A stretch of DNA of 62,386 bases, filler included, from Sphacelaria rigidula (Eukaryota): NCBI GenBank assembly GCA_964200075.2. It is 11 parts of 11 records of this genome, joined end to end, with 100 filler letters (N's around TTAATTAATTAA, not from the genome) between each part and the next. Parts side by side here need not be neighbours in the genome. Positions count along the whole stretch, not along the records: positions 51,127 to 56,706 come from CAXNAA020026139.1; positions 56,807 to 62,386 come from CAXNAA020026140.1; 9 more parts are not named here. One strand, given 5' to 3'. The notes below the pieces were generated by a model. The model ran no database searches. It saw only the letters and a program-made list of their open reading frames with translations, and was not told the DNA's origin. The position numbers and the translations under genes were made by a program. This document shows, piece by piece, positions 52,993 through 62,386 of the stretch (within the stretch, counting starts at the first letter, position 1; the number at the start of each line of letters is the position of its first letter).

Positions 52993-53384
52993 CTGGTAAA
53001 ATATGGACTCCAGTTGGACAACTTCCCACGTCGGTATTTCAACTTCTCCCGCGGAGTCATCAGACGTTTCGCTGTAGAGAGTCTCGCTGTGGATGCTTTC
53101 GCTATGGGTACTGTCGCTGTCGACACTTTCGCTGTCGAGGGTGTCACTGTTTAGCGTTTCGCTGGTCAGTGTGACGCTCTCGAGCGTTTCGTCTTCAAGG
53201 AGTTCGCTGTCTTCGACTGCCGAGCGGTCTTTTTCGACAATACGCTGAAGCGTCTCGCTATCGTTGAGGAGGGACGGGGAACACCGACATCCAGTTGGAG
53301 GCATGTGGCAGGGGAATGGGTATGCATGGTCTCCATCACGAGGGTAGGGTTGGTCGTTGAACATCACCAAGGATGCACGCGATC
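52993..53384 (-). CDS. Kinase upstream exon with an acidic pentapeptide-repeat insert
   Basis: Open frame ending ESIFYQ|GTGAG, in phase with the catalytic exon. The acceptor position is tentative. Confidence 0.6.
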
Positions 53385-53751
53385 CTGGTTGGACGTTAGT
53401 GTTCGGTCAGGGCCCACCGTTTCTCTAGTTTCCCCGGTTCAAAAATACTCCGACTCTTGATCCGGTGAAATACTTTCCGGGACATTTTTTGCGTCAACAC
53501 ATAAAGCTAGAGACCTCAACGGTGGCTACGAAAAAACAACATAACCAGGTCAGGCCTGCCCGGCGTCGGCGTGTTTCTGATGAGGAACGGACGCTACTGC
53601 TTCATCACTTTGTAACGGAACCGGCCGCCTACTGATTTGCCATAAGTACATCATCAAACAGCTGCCGAATCACAACGTGCCGGTGGGGGTTGCGCGTACA
53701 TCATGAATGTGCCAAGAATTTCAACAACGTACTGCAGACGTGACTGTTCAC

Positions 53752-54089
53752 CTGCCCACGCTTTGGCTGGTGATGAACACCTTCCCTTTCTTCCTGTCAT
53801 CATTCCACGTCCACAGCTTTGGCACGAAAGGATTGCGGTTCCGTAACCCGCACTGAGTTTCGATGTGAACGAGAGCATCTACCTCCCCGACCACCTCCTT
53901 CTCCCCTGCCACCATTCCCCTAGTCTTGAACGTTTTGTTGACGACCATTGTCTGCCCCAAGTCCCACTCCTCCGCCTGAGGCAAGACAAAGTAAGGCGTG
54001 GAAGGATGAAGAGAAGTAACGGATATCGGGTGACGAAAAACCTCGGTGACGCCGGAGCTGCACGAGCTTTCGTGGGATTCGAAGGCCAC
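53752..54089 (-). CDS. Probable kinase N-lobe exon
   Basis: VVNKTFK...GEVDALVHI...NPFVPKLW resembles subdomains II-IV. The donor phase does not match the nearest acceptor, so the locus may be a pseudogene. Confidence 0.5.
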
Positions 54090-57000
54090 CTGATATTCGC
54101 AAGCACAGTATTAGCGCAAGTTTGATATGCCGCGCAGACTCCCCAGTTGGATCGTTGCATTCAGTACCGCCGATGAAGTCGCCCAACGGCGATACTTGCA
54201 CGTGGTATTCTCATGTTCGCGGGACGGAGCACGTGAACATTCTCATGAATGGGGACGTCACATTACGGGGGTTTCGGCAACTCCAGGGAAAACGACAGAG
54301 ACAGCACCTCTATGTGATGAACGATTCTTTGCGCGCGAGGTGTGCTATTATCGTTGTATAAATCCCGGTCAGTGCTATGTCCGTGGAGGGGCGGCCTTCT
54401 CGTAGTACTGAACCTAGGTGGTACATGCTGTGGCGACGATATGAACTAGCTAACAACCGCCAGATGACGTACGTGTGAACTCAATGTATGGCATTATCCA
54501 ATTCTACTTCAGTTCCAATGTCGAGGTTGTGATCCAAAATATTAGTTGACGACATGGGGAGATACAGGAGCCAGAGACGGCGGCCAGAATTATTTGTGGT
54601 TCGGTAATTTGCCAAATAGTCTGGCTTGAACGAGGCAAATAGTACATGAGGTTAGGCGTGGCCGACCCCAACGGGTCAAGTGCGCCGTGCTCGACGTACC
54701 CCACCCGTCACCACGACAGTAGAGGTATTCCACAGGGTCATAACGAGACTAGTGCGTCACCAATCCCACAGCCCAACAGCTCTGTTTCTATTGTGTCTGG
54801 GCATGTGTTTCCCCTGTACCCGGCGCACGGTCATGATGATGGATTTAAGGTCTCAGTCATATCTTATCGACGCAGATGGACTGGTCCGTGATCCGCACAT
54901 CTGATTAATCGTCCAATCAAGTAGCAGATGCCCAATTGCTCAACGGCCCGGTCAAAATTTCTCTGGTTGAGTCGACACGATATCGAGTATATCCCGTGAC
55001 GTACGGAGATATCTCTATACTGAAGTCTACACGAAACCCGAAACGATATCTACGGCGAATGATGATGGTTCTCGGTGCAAATATTCCCTGGAGCACGGGG
55101 AAACGGTCATCCTTACCTTCACTTCATTCGTTATTCATCTACAGGTATAGCGCACACAATATTCCACACCAAGCTAGGCATATTACAAGCAGAGGCATCT
55201 GGATTCCGTGTCTCAGTTTGGAGATGTGTTCCTTGAGGTTTGATATGTAGTACCTCAAGAGCAAAATGAAAAGAAAACGTTCACGTCCTTGAGAGTTCTT
55301 GGTTCACGAGTTAAGGGCGTTCTTGTTAAAGGTGGTCCTACATGACACTGAAACGTCCTCAACTCTTTGATTATGAGCGGTAGCCCATTTGTGATTCAGG
55401 ACCACTTCCGCTTGAAAAAGGAATGAAAATAATGCATCTCAAATGAACCATCGCTCGGAGTCAAAGGTCCAACACATGAAGAAATAAAACACTATCCCGC
55501 AGTTCATTGTGATGGCTATGCCCTTGCGATTCTCCACAAAAAAGTTCAAAGTACAACTCTCAAAACTGAGCTAGCTGCTAAATGGCCAGTAGGCTGACCC
55601 AGCCTGTAAATCCGGATTTTTCACCTGAATTTTGGCAGTTGCACCTTTGAAAATTTGATGTAGAGAATCGATTGCGCAAAATTGAAAATGCAGTTTCGGA
55701 GCCTTGCAAATTTGTTTTTCATGAGTCGGGGACATTTTTGTGAGAGCTGGAGCTTGATTTTTGCTCTCAACCCTCTTGGGACCCATTGATGAATTTTGTT
55801 GTTGTGAATCGGCATCATTTTGACTTGAAAATGGCTGAATAGGATGCCGATTCACGAAAACGAAAATCGTCATTGGGTTCCAAAAGGCTTAGCCCACGAA
55901 AAACAATATCTCAAGGTCCCTACATCGTGTTCTCTGTTTGGCCCTAGCGACTCTCCAACCACTCCTCAAGATACGACTCTCCAACTCGGGGAGACTACTA
56001 GCCCGTGCCTTTCCGTCTTCTTCACCTCTGGGAACCTTCATCTTGTACATCTTGTTGTGCCCGTGGTTGGACCCCTCAAGGATCGACCATTTCATGTGCA
56101 ATGTGCAATGTGAGTAACCATCGTGATCAATCAATACAAGTAGCAACCAATGAAACAGTCAACCAGTTCGTATCCGAGGCCCGCCTTGTCGAGACAAAAA
56201 AATGCTCCTCTCTCACAATCTGTTCGCTATTGTTATCCTGCCATTGATCGGTGGGGCACCATCCCCCAACAAGATCGCCAAGCCATCTGCTCCCGCAAAT
56301 CGGCGTTGGGAACTCGACTGGAAGTGTCTCTACCCAATTTGCGCGGAGTAAGCGCCAAGCTATTATCTCGAAGGAGACCATCAACGTAGGAACCGCGGGG
56401 GCGCGTAGATGCAAGAGCGCCACACAACCAAACACGACCACACATGAACGCGACCACACATGAACGGCAGAGCGTCGTTGCCCCGGCTAAGCTATAACAC
56501 AGCTCGAGTAGTAGTAACTGCTAGCCAGCTGAGCATGCTGTACTTGACTTCCGTCAAATTGTTTAAAACTGTCAATGGGATACAGCCATTCATGTCGGAG
56601 TCATGCCACAGTAGGAAGGGGGGGGGGGGGGGCCGGAGGAGGTTTGTTGTTCCCGCAAAGCTGAATATATAAGTATTGGAGTGTGACAACCCCCCGACCC
56701 CCCTTANNNNNNNNNNNNNNNNNNNNNNNNNNNNNNNNNNNNNNNNNNNNTTAATTAATTAANNNNNNNNNNNNNNNNNNNNNNNNNNNNNNNNNNNNNN
56801 NNNNNNGCCAAGACTCGAAAGGGAGGCGTGATCAGTGCTCAAACGACTGAGCCACGGAACAAATGAGTACGCCCCCCTCCCCCCCTTCGCCCCTGACCGC
56901 CTGAAACTATGCCGACCATGTGGTACAAAATAAACAACACAAAGCCATCACTTGTCCGAGAGACTTGCTTGTTCATGATGCATGTCATGGCGTTGGTGGT

Positions 57001-57359
57001 GTGTTTTCAGCGTACCACTTTTGTATCGCCAAGCTACGGAAGTGGTTTTGGAACCAGCTATGGGTAATGCCCGACGATGCCGCCATAGCCTTCACACAAA
57101 ACACTCCTTACATCATCGCTTCAAAACTACCGAGAACGGGGTCACAAAAATACACAGCACCCTTGTCAGCTTTGCAATCATTTGCTGGTTCGTCATCCAT
57201 GCTGCAGCCTTGATCGGTGTCTTGCCGACATTCTTCCACAAATTAAAGGTTAAACAAACCTCAGGTACGTCACACAAAACGGTTTGGATATCTTATCCCC
57301 GTCCTGTTTCGCCGTCTGTGGCCACCATCATCGTTTTTCGCTACTGTCTCTAATGCATT

Positions 57360-58260
57360 AAACGATTCCATGCCACTTTCGTTCACGTTCCGCATTTTCC
57401 CCTCTAGCACGTCCTTCCTTGAATACTTTACCTTTTGTCACTATATGACTGCTGCCTTTTATTGCTTTGCCACAGGGGCGATTCTGTGCGTGAACTTCCT
57501 CCTCCACACGACTACTGGTGAATCTCCTTCTTCTTTCTGGCAGGTCCAGGTCCCCAACCCGAAATCGCAGTTTATTCGCCGCGTCCGTTGGGCCATGAAT
57601 ACATGATTTCATCCCTATCCCCTCTCTCAACCCCTCGAATATCTCCAGGTGTTCTCCCTCGTTTACGTTGCGTCTAAGCGCTCGTTTTCCCCTTTTTTCT
57701 ATCATGTCTCTTGTTTTTGTCTTGTACCCCGCATCTTCACCTATTTCGTCTTGGCTTCCTCCTATCTCCTCAATACTTTCTCGACTTCTCAATCCCACCT
57801 TATTCCAGCCCGCCCTTTCGCATTTTTTTCCCATACAGCCTTATCAACTATTGCTGACCATCTGTTTCTCTGCATATTCTTTACGCTATATTGCCATCGA
57901 ATTTTTCTCATGTTTCTGTTAGGTTCATGTGGTTATATTCCCAAGTCTGCTCTCAATGCTGTATTACTCGTCGTTTTCGAGCATCCAAGCATTTTATTAC
58001 CTGCTATCATCCGCACTGTTTCAAACTTCCGGACCAACGTCACATTCCCCTCCCATACTCCTCCCGCATATTCCAGCCTTGGTACGTCGTTCATCAGGAT
58101 ATATGACTTGATCCTAGTGTCTAGGTGCGAATCTCTGAGGACCACGTCCATCCTGCCCATCTGTGCCTTACCCTTTTCTATTACTATATCTACTAATGTG
58201 TGCATCCCCCCCCAAAATGTTCTTGAGATCTACACACGGGTGGCCACTGGAGTCTGTAAC
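57360..58260 (-). mobile_element. LINE (non-LTR) ORF2 3' remnant
   Basis: Frameshifted post-RT motifs: PRLEYAGGVW, MLGCSKTTSNTALRADLG and KLRFRVGDLDL. Confidence 0.8.
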
Positions 58261-58426
58261 CTGGCCATTTTGGGACCTTATCCACCTTTGGCAAGGTCCG
58301 CGGGTTGGGTGGACAACTGGAGAGTGAAAGAACGAGGTAGTTCTTGATGTGTCGTGATATCTCAAGGAGATGCACAGAGCCAGCACGAAGTAGCGGTAAA
58401 GCACACTTGCTTGTCGAAAAGACTGA

Positions 58427-58736
58427 TGTTGGAAATTGGCGCTTATGTGGCCGAGAATCTCAGTGAAGAGAGTGAAGAAGAAAAAAGAGAGTGAGAGGAT
58501 GTGGGGGCAACCCACAAGTACCCTCGGATCAATGCGCTACGCCTAAGTTCTTACTTATGAGAATATTCGTACTTATGAGAATCCTACAACTTTACATTAA
58601 CCCGACAGAGACGGAAGCTCCGCTAACAATCTTAGAACAGTTGCAATCCTCTGAGGATGCGGAAGTTGTACTGCTATTTACCCCATATGAGCGACTATCG
58701 AAATAAAAGACCAATAACAAATCTTTTGTTCTAACA
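58427..58736 (-). repeat. Putative 3' LTR (310 bp)
   Basis: On the minus strand it begins TGTTAG directly after GCAGGGGCG (PPT-like) and ends CCAACA. The 5' LTR is not in the window to confirm the boundaries. Confidence 0.7.
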
Positions 58737-59045
58737 CGCCCCTGCGATGGAAGCCTACATCAATGAATGCTACGAAGTGCGTCCCCGTGATAGAAGCTTT
58801 CTACAGAGAAGATTGAACAGGCACGCTGGCAAATATCATTACCGATGTCCTGACCGTCCGAAGGAAAGAAGGAAAGGCGAAGCAAAAACAAAGTATGCTC
58901 ATAATGCAGCCGTCGTTACGCTACACACACAGAAAGGAAACCGTTGATACAGTCCGCTAAGTAAGTAGGCCAAGCTAAACCATCTCGGTAATCCAAGAAA
59001 AACAAACAAAAAAAGTAGAACCGCGAAGAAAAACTGTGGAATTCC

Positions 59046-60758
59046 TCAAGTTGAAAAGTGGTGACGTGGTAGCTTGCCCTGCTGGAGGTCCGGTCCCCTG
59101 AGGATGGCCGCAAGCATCTCCGTGAAGAGGGGCCTAGCCAGGAACTTGATGAGGATGTCGCTGAGCTGACCCTTCGTGGAGACGTGGTCGATGATAGTCT
59201 TGTCGTCGGTGATCCAATCGCGAAGGCCGGCGAACCTGATCGCGAGGTGTTAGCTTCTGCTGCTGTACGAACCTTGTCCCGCGAGTAGCAGGGCGCCCTT
59301 GTTGTCGCAAAATATGCGGGCGCTGCGGAAGGTCCTCCATCCGAGCTCTCCGAGGATGCCACACAGGTAAATGCCTTGTGTTGCGCAAGAGCTCATGGCA
59401 ATCAGCTCCCCTTCGGTGGTAGATTGGGCTGAGGTTTTCTGAACGCTAGCCGAGAAGTGTATGGCACCCCCAGCAAGGAAGTAGATGCTCCCCGATGTAG
59501 ACCTAGCCTTCTCCGGGTTGCCCGTGCCGTAAGAGCCGTCCCAGAACCCAGTGCGCTCGAACCTTCTGTTCCGGCTGTAGGTGATGCGAATGTCAGGGGT
59601 GTCGCGCAGGTATCGCAGAATACGTTTCACGGCCCCCATGTGTACTAAGGTTGGCTTGCTCATGAACCGTGCCGCCTGTGACACTGCGAAGCAGATGTCC
59701 ACGCGGGTACACTGGCACAGGAAGATGAGGGACCCCACGATGCTCTGGTAGTCGAGAGTGTCATCCTTGTCGAGCGGTACGCTGCCTTCGGGCTCCGCGG
59801 TCAGCTCGTTGCCGATTCCAGGTGTGTGTACTGCGTTGCAGTCTGACATGCCGCACTTTTGCAGTAGCGACATTACGTAGGGCCCTTGGCTGATGCCGAG
59901 GGTGCCTAGCTGCTTGTCCTGGATGATGTCGATCCCCAAGATTTTAGTGGCGTCGCCAAAATCCGTCATAGAAAACTTGTCTATGAGTGCTTTCCGGAGT
60001 TTGGCCACGATTGCTGAGTTGGGTCTCGTGATAAGGAGGTCGTCCACGTACAGAGGGAGCATGATGTAGTCGTCTCCGCTGCTCTTGACGTATACGCACG
60101 CGTCGCTCACGGTCGGTTCGAAGCCGAGTGCTCGCAGATCGCCGTCGATGGTGCTATTCCATGCTTTTGGTGACTGCCGCAGCCCGTAGATGGACTTGTG
60201 CAGCTTCATGATGAACGGTCGCCCCCGCGAGTTCTTCTTTTCGAACCCCGGCGCCTGCCGCATGTAGACTTCTTCCTCGAGCTTCCCGTTGAGAAATGCT
60301 GTTGAGAAGTCCATGGCTGAGACGCTCCATCCGTTGGCAGCGGCGATGGCAAGAACGAGGCGTTGACTCTCGATCCGGCAGACCGGCGCAAACGTGCTGG
60401 CGAAGTCTATGCCGTGCCTCCGCGACCAGCCCGTTCCGACGATTCTGCCTTTGAACCGCCCATCCGTTTTTACCTTGAACACCCAGCGTGAGCCGATGAT
60501 GTTATGGCCTGGAGGAACTGCTTCCGGAGGGACCAACTCGAAAACCTGGAGGTCGATGAGGCTCTGGTGCTCCTTCCGGGCGGCCGTCAGCCATTCCGCA
60601 GAATGAGGCGAGGCCATTGCCTCCTTGAAGGCGTTGGGTACAGGGATAGCCCCTGGAGTAGTGACCTTGTGTAGCCCCACAACGCCGATGTAGTGACTCA
60701 CTTGTTGCATAAGCGAGTTCGACTCTTGGCGTGCAGCAAAGTCCACAGCAAGCGCCAG
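59046..60758 (-). pseudogene. Copia reverse transcriptase / RNase H
   Basis: Motifs WVFKVK, DFSTAFLNG, KSIYGLRQS, YVDD, RSTSG, STTEGE and DNKGA. A premature TAA at 59250-59252 replaces the K of the KH motif, and the frame continues to 59046. Confidence 0.95.
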
Positions 60759-62386
60759 CTAGCGTAGCGCCCGCGCTTGGTTCAGGCCGGAGGGAGAAGA
60801 CTTTCTTGTGGCGGTAGCCGCGGGTTTTGGAGATGAGGATGTTGCCGATCGTAGTTGCCGCGTAGAGCCGAGCGGTGAATCATTCGAGCCGTCTGCTGCG
60901 TCAAAATTGTTGATGCCGTTGAAAAAGCGGTCGTTGGTGTTGTCGTTGATGATGTCGATACTGTCATCGGCACTGTTGCTGTCCAGCGCGAAGTCCTCAT
61001 AAATTGGGTCGTCGCTGTAATCTTGCCCCCGGGCGCCGGTTGTGGTGCGAACAGCGACCGGCGGCGTCTCTATGAAAGTGACGTTGCGGGTGCTGATGAC
61101 CTGCCCTGTGTGGCGGTCGTAGATTCGGTAGGTAGGCTTGTCGTTGTCGTAGCCGATGAGAACTCCTTCGCGCGCCCTAGGATCTAGCTTGCGTAGATGC
61201 CCCTCATGGTGGACGAAGGCGCGCGCCCCGATGGTGCGCAGGAAGGATAGATCGGCGTGCTTGCCGAACATCCTGTAGTAGGGGGTGTTTCCGCCGATAG
61301 TCTTATTCGGCAGGCGGTTCAGGAGAAAAACCGCAGTGGCCGCCATTTCCCCCCAGAGGGACTTTGGGAGGGCTGCGCCGTTGAGAAGGCACCGGGCCAC
61401 GTCCATGATTGTGCGCCCGTCGCGCTCGCTGAGGCCGTTTTGCTCCGGCGTATTGGGCGAGCTGAACTGTTGGACGATCGCGGTGGTCTTGCAGTACTCG
61501 CGGTAGTAGCCGGCGATAAACTCGCCACCACCGTCGGCCCGTAGGTGCTGAATTCGGAGTCCCAGCGGCATAGCCAAGTCTTGCACAAATTTGACGAGCG
61601 TTGTGAGTGCTTCGTCCTTGGTGGAAATGAAGTAGACGGCTTTGAATTTGCTGTAGTGGTCGGAGTACTTGGCCATGTACCTGAAATTCCCACGCGCCGG
61701 GGGCGTCACGGGTCCCAATAGGTCCGTGCTGACCAATTGCAGCCTGTCGAAGATGACGGTTGAAGCCGGCTTATTTCGAATCGGCTGTCCGACGCCCGTG
61801 TTGATTTGGCAGACCTCGCACGAGATCAGCGAGTCGGTAAACTGAGCACCCGTCTCGGCGATGTCCCGCGCCGCCTGCATAGTGCGCTCGTTGGGATGTC
61901 CAAGGCGTTGGTGCCACGTGTTTGCCCCCGCCGCCGGCATGGCGGTAGCCGGTTGAACCGGCAAAGGGGTAGTTGAAGTGGCCGGCAACCCCGGCGTGGC
62001 CGTCAGAGCCGGCGGTGTTGCTGTGGAAGCTGTTGGTGCCGCTGTGGCCCCGCTGCAAATTAGGCGTGAGGCCATTGCTTTTCCGATCGGAAGGGTATGT
62101 CCAGAGATGACTCTAGTTGGAAAGGCTGCCTCCGCACGGGTCTTGACGGTAGGGGCTAGCTTGAGATCGACAAAATCGATAGTGGGGCAGTCGGTGTCCT
62201 TTCGAAGTGGAATCTTGAACGGTCCGACGTCCAAGTACGACTGCTTGGCGACAACTGTCTTAACCCCCTTGAGTGCTGCCGTACCTCCCGAAAACAGGTG
62301 ACGCCCTAGCCCCGGCACGTTTATGGCCGGCAGGTAGATGTCGTGGGCCGTGCCGCGGTCGTCGATGGCGCTCACGGTGAGAGTGC
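60759..62386 (-). pseudogene. Copia protease end / integrase
   Basis: Motifs WHQRLGH...CEVC, DLLGP, DGGGEF, PEQNGLSER and KLDPRA. An in-frame TAG at 60759-60761 separates it from RT. Confidence 0.95.

Larger units (their letters stand above)
58427..62386 (-). mobile_element. Ty1/Copia LTR retrotransposon, 5' part off the contig
   Basis: Integrase, RT and RNase H in Copia order, followed by a purine-rich tract and an LTR. Confidence 0.95.

Noticed and set aside
57649..58347. 232-aa hydrophobic plus-strand ORF
   Set aside because: It is the antisense shadow of the LINE remnant.
1..62386. A multi-gene system or endogenous giant-virus region spanning the window
   Set aside because: The segments are unlinked, and I recognised no capsid, viral polymerase or operon-like gene array.

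Overview
This is not one locus. It is eleven contigs of almost identical length (5581 or 5580 bp) joined by artificial 100-nt linkers (44 N + TTAATTAATTAA + 44 N), so adjacency across linkers has no biological meaning. The DNA is eukaryotic, intron-rich and repeat-rich. Gene and repeat style suggests a stramenopile, probably a brown alga (inference), and repeat families shared between contigs suggest one genome. Host gene pieces: one tryptophan synthase alpha exon, three C-terminal Rad21/Rec8 kleisin exons, six exons of a cyclin preceded by an F-box-like motif, the last exon of a BolA protein, a divergent protein kinase fragment, and a decayed coiled-coil gene. Mobile DNA: a DIRS-type tyrosine-recombinase retrotransposon (gag, RT/RNase H, methyltransferase-like domain, ALOG-like domain), a Ty1/Copia element with its 3' LTR, LINE, hAT and Copia remnants, an XPG/FEN1-like nuclease remnant, and many MITE-like, foldback and tandem repeats. 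The best leads are the F-box/cyclin fusion, the ALOG-bearing DIRS element, and an unassigned decayed ORF family present in two contigs, one copy directly downstream of the kinase. I found no CRISPR array, RNA gene or prokaryotic system.
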